From the NCBI GenBank assembly GCA_045593485.1, contig JAZNWS010000169.1, forward strand, positions 1 to 32,258: 32,258 nucleotides of DNA, given 5' to 3'. Of this stretch, positions 8,018 through 17,989 are shown piece after piece; the first letter of the stretch is position 1, and each line of letters starts with the position of its first letter. The position numbers and the translations under genes were made by a program. This stretch comes from Eubacteriales bacterium. GTDB taxonomy: Bacteria > Bacillota > Clostridia > Oscillospirales > CAG-272. The notes beneath the pieces were generated by a model. That model was not told the DNA's origin and ran no database searches. It saw only the letters and a program-made list of their open reading frames with translations.

Positions 8018-9973
8018 ATGCTCAGCATAAGTGTCAACAATCTTTGTCTCTCGTTTGGCGATAGGGTCATTCTGGACAAGGTGTCGTTCTCTCTTGAAGA
8101 AAACGACAAGCTCGGAATAATCGGTGTCAACGGAAGCGGAAAGACCTCGCTTTTTAAGCTCATAACGGGCGAATATACTCCAAATGACGGCGAGGTATAT
8201 ATATCTAAGGGCAAAAGCGTGGGAGTGTTGTCGCAGTACGGCGCTTTTTCCGACGAGGACGGCGTGTATAGCGACGAAGACAGCGCGCTTGAGCATATGT
8301 ATTATGCCTTCCCCGCGCTTCTTGATGCGGAAAAGCGCCTCTCCGAGCTTGAAATATTGCTTGAGAACACCGAGGACAAAAATCATAGCTCATACACGGC
8401 AGAATACTCGTCCTTGCACGAGAAATTTATTCGCGACGGCGGACTTGAGTTCCGAGGACGCTGCGCGTCAACCCTGTCAAGACTCGGCTTTTCGGAGAGC
8501 GATATGAATCGCGCGGTCAAGCTTTTGTCGGGCGGTCAGCGCACACGCCTTGCTCTTGCCATTCAGCTCTGCCGCGAGCCTGATATTCTTATGCTTGACG
8601 AGCCTACAAACCACCTTGACATTGAAACCCTCGCGTGGCTTGAAAATTTCCTCGCGCAGTACAAAAAATGCGTTATGGTAATATCCCACGACAGATATTT
8701 TCTTGACCGCGTGACAAACAAGACTCTTGCAGTTGAAAATCACAAGGCAAAGCTCTATAATGGAAACTATACAAAAAGTATGGAGCAGCGCCGTATAGAC
8801 CGCGAGATATACGAAAAGCATTACAGAAATCAGCAAAAGGAAATAGCGCGTCAGGAGGCGTATATCGCCCAGCAGAGAGCATGGAACAGAGAGCGCAATA
8901 TAATCGCCGCGGAATCCCGCCTCAAGCTCCTTGAGAAAATGGACAAGCTGGACGCCCCCGAGTATTCCCCCCGTGCAATACGTATGAAATTTACATCGTC
9001 TCTGGCAAGTGGAAATGACGTTGTGAATATCAAGTCGCTCTCTATGGGCTTTGGGGACAAAAAGCTGTTTGAGAATCTGAATTTTCTCGTTAAAAAGAAC
9101 GACAGACTGCTTATCATAGGCCCTAACGGCTGCGGAAAGTCCACACTCATAAAGCTTTTTATGTCAAAGCTCTCGCAGACAGGTGGCAGAATAGAATACG
9201 GCTACAACGTGGAAATTGGCTACTACGACCAGGAAAACCAGAATCTTAATGATAAAAACACAGTCCTTGAGGAGCTCTGGAGCGCGTATCCCAATCAGAC
9301 AGAGCAAAAAATACGCTCAACGCTTGCGTGGTTCAACTTTTTCGGCGAGGACGTCTACAAGACCGTGGGTATGCTGTCGGGCGGTGAGCGAGCGCGTCTA
9401 ACCCTGTCAAAGCTCATTCTCTCGCATATGAACCTGCTTATCCTCGACGAGCCTACCAACCACCTCGACATCGACTCGCGCGAGGCGCTTGAATCCGCGC
9501 TTGAGGATTTTGACGGCACGATTATAGCAGTCTCTCACGACAGATACTTTATTGAAAAGCTTGCAAGCAGAATTATAGAATTGAAGCCGCAGGGGTACTG
9601 CGAGGGGGATATGTTCGACTACGAGATAACCCGAAAAAATCAGGCATATACGGAGTTTCGCGAGTTTACGGAAGCCAGAAAATCAAGACTTGCGGCAGAT
9701 CCGTCCGCGCCCTCAAAAGCAGAAGCCATGAGTGGCAGCAAGGAACAGTACCTAAAGCAAAAGCAGAATGCCGCAGAGGCGCGAAAAAAGGCGTCAAGGC
9801 TTGAAAGGCTCAAAAAGGAGATGTCTGCCCTCGAAGACGAGTTAGTCCTCACAGAAGAGAAAATGCAGGGCGAGGCGGCGACAGATTACAAGAAGCTCGC
9901 CGAGCTTGACACCCGCAAGACCGAGATAGAAGAACGTCTTATGGAGATATACGAGGAGCTTGAGAGCGAATAA
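8018..9973 (+). CDS. ABC-F family ribosome-associated ATPase (YdiF/Uup-like)
   Basis: Two ABC cassettes (GVNGSGKT/LSGGQ/LDEPTNHLD and GPNGCGKS/LSGGE/LDEPTNHLD), helical inter-ABC linker, C-terminal coiled coil, no TM segments. Confidence 0.93.
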   Translation: MLSISVNNLCLSFGDRVILDKVSFSLEENDKLGIIGVNGSGKTSLFKLITGEYTPNDGEVYISKGKSVGVLSQYGAFSDEDGVYSDEDSALEHMYYAFPALLDAEKRLSELEILLENTEDKNHSSYTAEYSSLHEKFIRDGGLEFRGRCASTLSRLGFSESDMNRAVKLLSGGQRTRLALAIQLCREPDILMLDEPTNHLDIETLAWLENFLAQYKKCVMVISHDRYFLDRVTNKTLAVENHKAKLYNGNYTKSMEQRRIDREIYEKHYRNQQKEIARQEAYIAQQRAWNRERNIIAAESRLKLLEKMDKLDAPEYSPRAIRMKFTSSLASGNDVVNIKSLSMGFGDKKLFENLNFLVKKNDRLLIIGPNGCGKSTLIKLFMSKLSQTGGRIEYGYNVEIGYYDQENQNLNDKNTVLEELWSAYPNQTEQKIRSTLAWFNFFGEDVYKTVGMLSGGERARLTLSKLILSHMNLLILDEPTNHLDIDSREALESALEDFDGTIIAVSHDRYFIEKLASRIIELKPQGYCEGDMFDYEITRKNQAYTEFREFTEARKSRLAADPSAPSKAEAMSGSKEQYLKQKQNAAEARKKASRLERLKKEMSALEDELVLTEEKMQGEAATDYKKLAELDTRKTEIEERLMEIYEELESE

Positions 9974-10013
9974 TAAATAACCCGTGTGCAATGCACACGG
10001 GTTATCTTTATTT
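9974..10013. terminator. Bidirectional intrinsic terminator
   Basis: Inverted repeat ATAACCCGTGTGCA/TGCACACGGGTTAT (9977-10005) between convergent genes. Confidence 0.8.
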
Positions 10014-10017
10014 GTGA

Positions 10018-12723
10018 TTAAATTATACCTGTCTCAACAAAGCAATATTTATCGGTATAGAATCCACTCTGATAGTCCGAGAATACCGAGCCCTCGTCGT
10101 AGAAGTTTGCGGGGCATGCGAAGAATATCTCGCCTATCTGGTGGTGGTGAGGACCAAGAAGATTTCGGAGGTTGTTGACCAGAGTTATCTCTATAGTGTT
10201 CTCGCCAACTACAAGCACGTCAGAAAGGTCTACATCGTAGGGCGCCCACATAACAGTAGGAAGCTGCTTGCCGTTTACCTTGATACGAATTGCGTTCACT
10301 CCGCGCTTGACAATGTGGAGCAAAAGGTTTGTATTCTTAATGTCAAAGGTCTTTTTAACAGTCATCTCGCCCGAGAAGAACGGGAATCCCTGCTTCTGAA
10401 TATCGTGAAGCATTACCTTTCTTGTGGGAGCTACCACGGTAAAGCTTCCGTCGTAGAAATACGCGTCGTTGGGGATCTTTTCGAATTCGCCGTCACATCT
10501 TACGCCGAAATCACCCACAAGATACATCGCCTCTATTTCCATATCATATGTCAGCTTGTTCTTTTCAGACTCGAATATCTTTGCCTTTCTCATATTCTCG
10601 TAGGTCTTGGGGGACTGATCAAAGAGAACCTGAGTTTCAATAATATTCTCTCCAAGCTTTACGTACTCAGAAATATCAAGCTTGCGGAAGGAGTGGTCAC
10701 GGAAGTGGCCGTGCTCTGTCTTATCGATCTCCACACCGTTTACCTTGATGGTGAATATCTCGGGAGTCTCGCAAGCGAGATAAAGCTTCTCGGGAATATA
10801 CTCCATATTCACCTTGAACTGACACTTTATGTCAACTGCTCTTTCAAGCTCATAAGCGCGGGTGGATACGTTAAGTATATATCCGTTCTCCTGCTGAAGC
10901 TCACCGTCGAACCAATACGTGCACTTGTCAAGAGTTATTGCATTTTCGGTAGCGTTTACAACGTCCCACTCGCCTGTCATATCAATATGCTCGGGGGCGT
11001 GCTTTGCGTTTGCGTCCTCAATAACTACAAGGCTTCCGTATTCGGGGAAAATGTAGTCGTTGGTAAACTCAACCTTCTCACCCGATGCGATGTCAATAAC
11101 GTAGCTTCCCTTTTTGATGGTCGCGGACTGCTTGGTGTTCGTGGAGTTTACAAAGTAGTGCATTGTAAACTCGGGGAACTCACGGGTCGCATAAGTAATA
11201 TTGGGATTGTCGATTATATCGTTTTCCTCAAGCTCGAAAGCGTTAACGACCTTACCGCCGTTAGCCTTGAACTCAGCGAGAAGCTTCTTTGTGCTTGTAA
11301 AGAAATCAATGTGCTCGGGGAGAACCACGGTGTCGTACACCATCTCGCCAATTATGAGCTTGTCTCCCTCGACGCGCGCGTGTCTTTCCATAACTATCTC
11401 GTCACCGAGGTGGAAAGGAATGTGCTTTGCTTCAAGCGTGAGAGTCGCCTCAATAAGCTTGTCGTGGTAGTGCTGGAGACCGCTGTTCTTTTCGTTATCA
11501 AAGCATATCCAAGCGGACGACTGGTTGTGCATAAGAAGCGTGCTTGTGGTTATCTTACCCTCTGCAAGCAGCATACCAACGCGGGACATAGCGTCGTTGA
11601 ATACCTTATAATCTGCCCACCAAGGCTGCTGAACGTACATTGCGGGCGGATAGTCTCTCTTACGGATTCCGCGGAGCGAATATCCCTCAAGGTGCTGACA
11701 CATAAGGTTTATTCCGCGGACCATCATCCACTCGTAGTTTCTCTTGAGCTCGTCGTGTCCTACGTTGTGACCGCAAAGAGCAAAGGTCTCGCAGAGCACC
11801 TGCTTTTTACCCGTCTGAGCCGCAACAGACGCAACCTGATGATGTGTAAGGCAGGGGAAGATAGGTCTTCCGAGCCAGTCCATACCGGGAATATCAAAGA
11901 ACTCATAGTTAGGCATACAAGCGCCGTTGGTCGTGAGCTGGGACAGGAGAGTTTCCTCAAGAAGCACGTGTCCTGTGAGCTTTAAGTTATGCGCCTGACA
12001 CCACTCGTGTATCTGCTTCATAAAGCTCTTGGAGAACTGGTCTGCAACAAGTCTCCAGAACTTCATTCTCGCCTTGCGATAGCCCTTCTTCTTGAAGTAG
12101 AGCTTGGGAAGATAGTCGTAAATAGATTCGCCGTACTCAGCCTCAAAGGTTGCGGGAAGCGTCAAGCTCCACGGAATACCGTTACGGGAGATCTGGGGCT
12201 CGTCGGTAAAAAAGCCGTCAAAGGTAGAGCCGAACTTATCATAGTAGGGCTGATATATCTCGTTTATAAAGTCTGCAATTACCTCTTTGTCAAGAGTGTC
12301 AACGTAAAAGGGGTTAACGTCGTAATAAAAACAGAACTCGTCGCTGACGTGTATAATTCTGTGCTCGGGGATCTCGCTTCTGTCAGCGTCCGCAGGGATA
12401 TAGCGAAGATACTTCTGCCAGTACTTCTCTCCCTTGTCCGTGACCTTGCCTCCGCCAAAGCCCGAGGGCCAACCGTCCTCATCGTACGCCCATGCGTGCA
12501 TTCCTCTCTTATTGCATTCCTCAATACATGCGCCAATATTGTCAAACCATTCCTCGCCCATATATTCGGTCTGGAGGCCGCCGCGCGCGTGCATAAAGTA
12601 TCCGCCCATTCCCGCCTCGTCCATAAGGCGAGTCTGACGAAGAGATTCCTCTACACTAAGCTTTTCGTTCCACGACCAGAAGGGCACGGGACGGTATTTC
12701 TTGTCTACGTTCTTAAAATCCAT
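10018..12723 (-). CDS. Large cytoplasmic glycoside hydrolase, GH106-like (alpha-L-rhamnosidase-like) with C-terminal beta-sandwich
   Basis: PVPFWSWN, GGYFMHARGGL, WAYDEDGWPSG, GFFTDEP, PGMDWL, ASVAAQTGKKQVLCET. ATG at 12723 behind SD AAAGGA. Substrate cannot be determined from sequence. Confidence 0.75.
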   Translation of the reverse strand: MDFKNVDKKYRPVPFWSWNEKLSVEESLRQTRLMDEAGMGGYFMHARGGLQTEYMGEEWFDNIGACIEECNKRGMHAWAYDEDGWPSGFGGGKVTDKGEKYWQKYLRYIPADADRSEIPEHRIIHVSDEFCFYYDVNPFYVDTLDKEVIADFINEIYQPYYDKFGSTFDGFFTDEPQISRNGIPWSLTLPATFEAEYGESIYDYLPKLYFKKKGYRKARMKFWRLVADQFSKSFMKQIHEWCQAHNLKLTGHVLLEETLLSQLTTNGACMPNYEFFDIPGMDWLGRPIFPCLTHHQVASVAAQTGKKQVLCETFALCGHNVGHDELKRNYEWMMVRGINLMCQHLEGYSLRGIRKRDYPPAMYVQQPWWADYKVFNDAMSRVGMLLAEGKITTSTLLMHNQSSAWICFDNEKNSGLQHYHDKLIEATLTLEAKHIPFHLGDEIVMERHARVEGDKLIIGEMVYDTVVLPEHIDFFTSTKKLLAEFKANGGKVVNAFELEENDIIDNPNITYATREFPEFTMHYFVNSTNTKQSATIKKGSYVIDIASGEKVEFTNDYIFPEYGSLVVIEDANAKHAPEHIDMTGEWDVVNATENAITLDKCTYWFDGELQQENGYILNVSTRAYELERAVDIKCQFKVNMEYIPEKLYLACETPEIFTIKVNGVEIDKTEHGHFRDHSFRKLDISEYVKLGENIIETQVLFDQSPKTYENMRKAKIFESEKNKLTYDMEIEAMYLVGDFGVRCDGEFEKIPNDAYFYDGSFTVVAPTRKVMLHDIQKQGFPFFSGEMTVKKTFDIKNTNLLLHIVKRGVNAIRIKVNGKQLPTVMWAPYDVDLSDVLVVGENTIEITLVNNLRNLLGPHHHQIGEIFFACPANFYDEGSVFSDYQSGFYTDKYCFVETGII

Positions 12724-12801
12724 TTTCTTGTCCTTTCTTGCTAAAAACGCAACAATATCATTCACAAAAATCCGCTATATACCTAAAAAGCAGATACAAC
12801 A

Positions 12802-12830
12802 ATTATACTATAATATATTTGCTTTGTCAA
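12802..12830 (-). promoter_or_regulatory. Consensus sigma-A promoter for the GH106-like gene
   Basis: Minus strand TTGACA (12830-12825), 17-bp spacer, TATAAT (12807-12802). Confidence 0.85.
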
Positions 12831-12849
12831 TCACTTAAAGGTATTTTTG

Positions 12850-13884
12850 TTATTTTTTAAGCGCAGTTTTACAGATTTTAACACAAAGTTCACCAAAATC
12901 AACTCCTATCTGACCTGCCATCTGAGGAAGCAGGCTCGTGGGAGTCATTCCGGGGAGCGTGTTTGCCTCAAGACAGTAGGGCAACCCGCTCTCGTCCACC
13001 ATAAAATCAAACCTTGCATATCCCGAGAGTCTGAGCGCCGAAAAGCCGCGTTTCGTCTGCTCAGCAAGCGCGGATTGAAGCTCAAGGCTTATATCTGCGG
13101 GACAGACCTCAAGGGTCTTGCCGCTCTGGTACTTATTTTCATAGTCGTAAAATCCGCAAAGAGGTATTATTTCTATCATAGGAAGTATCTCTCCGTCAAG
13201 TATGCCTACCGTCAGCTCCCTGCCCGTGATCTTCTTCTCGATTATTATATTTCCCTCGTATTTTTTCGCCAGAGCTATAGCTCCCTCAAAATCCGACTCA
13301 CCCTCAACTATGGACACACCAACGCTTGAGCCGCAGCTCGTGGGCTTGATAACGCACGGAAAGCCTATTTTTTCCCTGACAAGCTCAAGACTACACTCGC
13401 CTGCGGGCATATATATCCAATCCGGAGTATTTACTCCCGCGTCGCGGAATATCTTTTTGGACAAATCCTTATCCATAGCAAGCAAGCTTCCGTCATACCC
13501 CGAGCCCGTGTACTTGATGCCGAAGCTGTCAAGCGTTGCCTGAAGCTGACCGTTCTCTCCCATAGCTCCGTGGAGCGCTAAAAATACCACGTCCGCCGCT
13601 CTGCAAACATCAATTATTCCCTCTCCGATAAGCGAGTCTCCTCCGCCGCGCCTTTCCCTCAGCGTGTCAAGGTCGGGAATGGATCTTTCAACCTCGTATT
13701 TGGGGTATTTTATGTCCACAAACATATCGTCGGGTGTCTTGCCCGAAAGATCAAGTCCCATATATACGTCTGCAAGGCAAACGAGATTTCCCTTATCTAT
13801 AAGCGCGTTTGCTATAAGACTTCCCGACGTGAGCGACACGTCTCTCTCGGGCGAATATCCGCCTGCCAAAACCGCTATTTTCAA
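12850..13884 (-). CDS. ddl: D-alanine--D-alanine ligase
   Basis: KIAVLAGGYSPERDVSLTSG, VFLALHGAMGENG, GSSVG, FYDYENKY omega loop, LEANTLPGMT. Start likely TTG at 13884 behind GAGGTG. Confidence 0.95.
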   Translation of the reverse strand: MKIAVLAGGYSPERDVSLTSGSLIANALIDKGNLVCLADVYMGLDLSGKTPDDMFVDIKYPKYEVERSIPDLDTLRERRGGGDSLIGEGIIDVCRAADVVFLALHGAMGENGQLQATLDSFGIKYTGSGYDGSLLAMDKDLSKKIFRDAGVNTPDWIYMPAGECSLELVREKIGFPCVIKPTSCGSSVGVSIVEGESDFEGAIALAKKYEGNIIIEKKITGRELTVGILDGEILPMIEIIPLCGFYDYENKYQSGKTLEVCPADISLELQSALAEQTKRGFSALRLSGYARFDFMVDESGLPYCLEANTLPGMTPTSLLPQMAGQIGVDFGELCVKICKTALKK

Positions 13885-13917
13885 TACATACACCTCACTT
13901 TCAACCGTCTTATCATT

Positions 13918-14730
13918 TTATGCGTAAACATTGCGTGAGATTACCGCGACTCTGTCTCTGCCTCCAAGGTCGCAAATTATCTTGCAAGCCATCTCTCTCT
14001 CTGATGCAAGAGCCTTAAGGCTGTTCCCCTGGTCGTATCCTATCTCAAAAATAAATTTGCCGTCCTCGTCAAGATTCTGAGCGTAAAGGTTAAGTATGGA
14101 GCGGTAAAACACAAGTCCGTCATCGCCGCCGTCAAGCGCGGCTATCGGCTCTTTTTTCACCTCATCGGACAGACTGTCAAGCACGTCACGTCTGATATAC
14201 GGTGGATTTGAGATTATCGCCGCATATTTTCCGCTGATACAATCCCCCGCAAGAACATCCGCCAAAATGGGATTATATCTGTCCGACACGCCGTTTATTT
14301 TCGCATTTTCCTTTGCAACGTCAAGCGTTTTTTCGTAAAGCTCAACCGCGTCGCAAAAGGAATTCTTCAGCTCGCGCAAAAGCGTTATTCCAATACAACC
14401 GCTCCCCGCGCAAAGATCGGCAATTCTTACCGTCTCGTCCTTCGGCAAAAGCTTTTTTGCCACCTCGATCACAGTTTCCGTGTCAGCCCTGGGGATAAGA
14501 CAATTTTCATTGACCTTGAATTCATATCCGTAAAAATCCCATTTGCCGATAATATACTGCAAGGGGTAATGCTGACAGCGTTTTGCCACCGCCGCCTCAA
14601 GCTCAGGGCTCTCATACTCCGAAAACTCCGATACATAGCCGCAAAGATCCTCAAGCAAAACTCTTGATTCAAATTTATAGTCTTCAATTCCTGCATTTTT
14701 CAATGCCTGACAAACACTCTCAAAATTCAT
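13918..14730 (-). CDS. prmC: Release factor glutamine methyltransferase (HemK)
   Basis: PLQYIIG, LIPRADTE, DLCAGSGCI, SNPPYI, ALDGGDDGL, FEIGYDQ; SD GGAGG. Confidence 0.95.
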   Translation of the reverse strand: MNFESVCQALKNAGIEDYKFESRVLLEDLCGYVSEFSEYESPELEAAVAKRCQHYPLQYIIGKWDFYGYEFKVNENCLIPRADTETVIEVAKKLLPKDETVRIADLCAGSGCIGITLLRELKNSFCDAVELYEKTLDVAKENAKINGVSDRYNPILADVLAGDCISGKYAAIISNPPYIRRDVLDSLSDEVKKEPIAALDGGDDGLVFYRSILNLYAQNLDEDGKFIFEIGYDQGNSLKALASEREMACKIICDLGGRDRVAVISRNVYA

Positions 14731-14768
14731 TTTGCAGCCCTCCGTATTACTTTACTTAATTATAACAG

Positions 14769-14794
14769 AAAGCTCTTCCAAAAGGAAGAGCTTT
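14769..14794 (-). terminator. Intrinsic terminator after DAHP synthase
   Basis: Inverted repeat AAAGCTCTTCC-aaaa-GGAAGAGCTTT just downstream of the stop. Confidence 0.65.
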
Positions 14795-14826
14795 TTGAAA
14801 AATTATTACATTTTTTGTTTATTGGC

Positions 14827-15852
14827 TTATACGAGCTTTTCAGCCATACCGTAAATAAATTTCTCGGTATCAGCCCAACCGATACAGGGGTCGGTAATAG
14901 ACTTGCCATAAACTCCCTCGCCTATCTTCTGGCTTCCCTCCTCGATATAGCTCTCCACCATAAAGCCTTTAAAGAGCCTTGCAATATCGGGGTTGTGCTT
15001 GCAGGAGTGAAGAACGTCCTGCGCAATTCTGTACTGCTCCTTGTATTTTTTGGCGGAGTTTGCGTGGTTGCAGTCCACTACCAAAGCGGGATTATTAAGT
15101 CCCCGTCTTGCATATTCGCTCGCAAGGTACGCCATATCCTCGTAGTGATAATTGGGTATGGATTCGCCGTGCTTGTTTACGTATCCTCGAAGAATCGAGT
15201 GTGCGTAAGGATTTCCCGAGGACTTTACCTCCCAGCCTCTGTAAAGGAAGGTGTGCGAATGCTGCGCCGCCATAACCGAGTTGAGCATAACGGAAATATC
15301 ACCGCCCGTGGGGTTTTTCATACCTACGGGTACGTCAATTCCGCTCGCGACGAGTCTGTGCTGCTGATTTTCCACAGAGCGCGCGCCTACCGCAACGTAG
15401 GAAAGAATATCCGAAAGATAACGGTAGTTTTCGGGATACAGCATCTCGTCCGCCGTAAACATTCCCGTCTCCTCAATAACTCGTGTGTGAAGTCGTCTTA
15501 TGGCGATAATTCCCTCAAGCATATCCGACTCCTTGCTTGGATCGGGCTGGTGAAGCATACCCTTGTATCCGTCGCCCGTAGTTCTGGGCTTGTTGGTATA
15601 TATTCGGGGAATCACTATTATTTTATCCTTGACCTCATCGGCAATACGCGCGAGTCTGCCTGAATAGTCAAGAACTGACTCCTCACAGTCCGCAGAGCAA
15701 GGACCTATTATCAAAAGCTTTTTGTCCGACTCACCCGAAAACACCCGTCCGACCTCGGCATCAAACTGCTTTTTCTTTTCCTTCCACTCCGCCTTCAGCG
15801 GATATTTCTCTTTTATTTCCATAGGAATGGGAAGCTTCCTTACAAATTCCAT
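14827..15852 (-). CDS. aroF: 3-deoxy-7-phosphoheptulonate (DAHP) synthase, class I-alpha
   Basis: IIGPCS, KPRTTGDGYKG, AVGARSVENQQHR, GMKNPT, ILRG, VDCNHANS, GKSITDPCIGW. ATG at 15852 behind GGAGG. Confidence 0.92.
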   Translation of the reverse strand: MEFVRKLPIPMEIKEKYPLKAEWKEKKKQFDAEVGRVFSGESDKKLLIIGPCSADCEESVLDYSGRLARIADEVKDKIIVIPRIYTNKPRTTGDGYKGMLHQPDPSKESDMLEGIIAIRRLHTRVIEETGMFTADEMLYPENYRYLSDILSYVAVGARSVENQQHRLVASGIDVPVGMKNPTGGDISVMLNSVMAAQHSHTFLYRGWEVKSSGNPYAHSILRGYVNKHGESIPNYHYEDMAYLASEYARRGLNNPALVVDCNHANSAKKYKEQYRIAQDVLHSCKHNPDIARLFKGFMVESYIEEGSQKIGEGVYGKSITDPCIGWADTEKFIYGMAEKLV

Positions 15853-15954
15853 TATGTCCTCCGCAGCAGTCCTTGTAAAAAACAAAAACTTTTCATTTTA
15901 TGATTAAGTATTATACTATCAATATATGAACTGCCTGTTAATTTCAAAAAAATG

Positions 15955-15983
15955 TTGATTTACACAGTAAAAAGTGCTACAAT
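15955..15983 (+). promoter_or_regulatory. Putative sigma-A promoter for the permease
   Basis: TTGATT (15955-15960), 17-bp spacer, TACAAT (15978-15983). Confidence 0.5.
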
Positions 15984-16020
15984 ATGCTTGTAATTTTTTC
16001 AAATTCAAGCAGGACATAAA

Positions 16021-17157
16021 ATGACAAACAAAAAGATACCCCCAATAATTTACATAAAAAAATTCATATCGCAGCACTCGGTAATGTGTCTTGCGGCATT
16101 ATTAGCTATAATCACCTCAATAATTCTGCCACCCGATGCAGAATACGCAGGCTACTTCGACCTCAAAACGCTGACCTGTCTTTTCTGCACGCTCGCCGTG
16201 ATATGCGCGCTCAAAAACATACGCTTTTTTACCTTCCTCGCGCGCAAAATAGTCGCGCTTACGGGAAATATAAAAATTTCAATTCTTGCGCTCGTCTATA
16301 TCACCTTTATCGGCTCGATGATAATTGCCAACGATATGGCGCTCATCACCTTTTTGCCGCTGGGATATTTCGTCCTGTCCGACACGGGCAAGCAGAAATA
16401 TATGGCGTTCACCTTTATTATGCAGAATATCGCGGCAAATCTCGGCGGAATGCTTACCCCCTTCGGCAATCCGCAAAGCCTTTATCTGTATTCTTATTTT
16501 AACATTCCGACGAGCGAGTTCACGCTCATTATGCTTCCCCTGTTTTTGCTCTCCGTCGCGCTTATCACGGCGTTATGTCTGATATTCGTCAAAAGCGAGA
16601 GGATAAGTATAAGCAGCACCGAAAAAATTAAGCTCCCGCTTGCGAAAACTATATTTTATCTGCTCTTGTTTGCATATTCCATAATCATTGTTTTCCGCAT
16701 CGTGCCCTTCTGGACGGGCCTTATAATTATTCCGTTAGCACTCATATTCACCGACGTTATTTCTCTTGCAAAGGTTGACTACGCGCTGCTTTTGACCTTC
16801 GTTTTCTTCTTTATCTTTGCAGGAAACATGTCACGAATGGAGGTTGTGCAAAGCCTGCTCTCCACTCTGCTTGAGAAAAGCACACTTATCTTCTCGGTGC
16901 TGTGCTGTCAGGTTATGAGCAACGTGCCAACAGCAGTTTTGCTGTCACATTTTACTGAAAATTATCGCGAGCTCTTGATGGGTGTCAACATCGGAGGCGC
17001 TGGAACTATGATAGCCTCGCTTGCAAGTCTTATAACGTATAGAGAATACACCTCGCACTACCCCGACAAAAAGAAATTTTATCTTTTGCTTTTCACGGCT
17101 ATAAACGTATTTTTCGCCGCAGTCCTTACTGTATTTGCTTATTTTGTTCTGATATAA
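16021..17157 (+). CDS. Ion-transporter superfamily permease (CitMHS/ArsB/NhaD/SLC13-like)
   Basis: Highly hydrophobic; SMIIANDMALITFLP, AANLGGMLTPFGNPQ, SNVPTAVLL, GVNIGGAGTMIASLASL. Confidence 0.85.
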   Translation: MTNKKIPPIIYIKKFISQHSVMCLAALLAIITSIILPPDAEYAGYFDLKTLTCLFCTLAVICALKNIRFFTFLARKIVALTGNIKISILALVYITFIGSMIIANDMALITFLPLGYFVLSDTGKQKYMAFTFIMQNIAANLGGMLTPFGNPQSLYLYSYFNIPTSEFTLIMLPLFLLSVALITALCLIFVKSERISISSTEKIKLPLAKTIFYLLLFAYSIIIVFRIVPFWTGLIIIPLALIFTDVISLAKVDYALLLTFVFFFIFAGNMSRMEVVQSLLSTLLEKSTLIFSVLCCQVMSNVPTAVLLSHFTENYRELLMGVNIGGAGTMIASLASLITYREYTSHYPDKKKFYLLLFTAINVFFAAVLTVFAYFVLI

Positions 17158-17191
17158 AAAAAGGAATAACGCTATGCGTTATTCCTTTTTT
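17156..17191. terminator. Bidirectional intrinsic terminator
   Basis: AAAAAGGAATAACGC-tat-GCGTTATTCCTTTTT between the convergent permease and pgeF. Confidence 0.85.
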
Positions 17192-17978
17192 ACATCCATA
17201 TAACCGACAGCATAGTGCCGCGAAGTCCGCCCGAATACCTGTGCGAATAAAAGGTCTCAGGCTCACAGCAGGTGCATCTGTCAATTACTTGTATATTTTC
17301 GGGCAAAACGCCCGCGTCTGTCAAAAGTCTTTTATTAAGCGCGACAAGATCGCAGTAAAATTTGCCCTGCTTATCTGACGGAACTATAAATTCCGACGCA
17401 AGCTCAACTCCGAGATAGCTCTCAAACTCAGAGACAAAATCCTCGCCCACCTCAAAGCAGCATTTATGTATGCAAGGGCCTATCGCCACGCGTATATTTT
17501 GAGGCAACACGCCATATTCCGCACTCAGCATTCTTGCGCATTTGGGCGCAATACCCTTCACGCTTCCACGCCAACCCGCGTGAACCGCTCCGACGGCAGC
17601 TATCTTACCGTTACTGTCAAAGCATTCAAACAATATCGGCACACAGTCTGCGCTCTTGACTCCAAGTACTACGTCGAGCGAGTTTGTGATATATCCGTCT
17701 CCCTCGCGGAGATTATCGCGGATATAATATCCCTGTCCCGCATCGCTGCCGTCCACCTTGTATATGATGTCGGAATGTATCTGCGGAAGAGATATGACCT
17801 TTTGGGGATCAAAGCCTGCCGCTTTTGCGAAGATCTCAAGATTTTTTATGACCGTCTGCCCGTCGTCTCCCCGCTCAAACGCAAGATTTAAAAATTTTGT
17901 ATGAGAAAGACTGCTCACGCCCCCAGCTCTTGTGGAAAAGGCGTGAGCAGACTTCATATTTTCAGCCTTCAAAAACAT
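17190..17978 (-). CDS. pgeF: PgeF/YfiH/YlmD-family (laccase-domain) protein
   Basis: HAFSTRAGGVS, QIHS, SADCVPIL, VHAGWRG, AIGPCI..CCFEVG, CTCC, FYSHR. Confidence 0.92.
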   Translation of the reverse strand: MFLKAENMKSAHAFSTRAGGVSSLSHTKFLNLAFERGDDGQTVIKNLEIFAKAAGFDPQKVISLPQIHSDIIYKVDGSDAGQGYYIRDNLREGDGYITNSLDVVLGVKSADCVPILFECFDSNGKIAAVGAVHAGWRGSVKGIAPKCARMLSAEYGVLPQNIRVAIGPCIHKCCFEVGEDFVSEFESYLGVELASEFIVPSDKQGKFYCDLVALNKRLLTDAGVLPENIQVIDRCTCCEPETFYSHRYSGGLRGTMLSVIWM

Positions 17979-17989
17979 ATTTTTAGAAA

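Noticed and set aside
8018-9973. Antibiotic-resistance ABC-F (Vga/Lsa/Msr/OptrA)
   Set aside because: Housekeeping context, short leader with no attenuator visible, and a general YdiF/Uup-like architecture; a subfamily HMM search would be needed to claim otherwise.
10141-12744. Very long antisense ORFs (614 aa and 251 aa) opposite the GH106-like gene; similar ones at 14815-15663, 25093-26289 and 29475-30299
   Set aside because: They lie codon-aligned on the opposite strand of well-supported genes, have no recognisable motifs, and are explained by the rarity of TTA/CTA/TCA sense codons.
12850-13884. Van-type D-Ala-D-Lac ligase
   Set aside because: The omega loop is FYDYENKY (Tyr type), there are no vanH/X/R/S neighbours, and the context is housekeeping.
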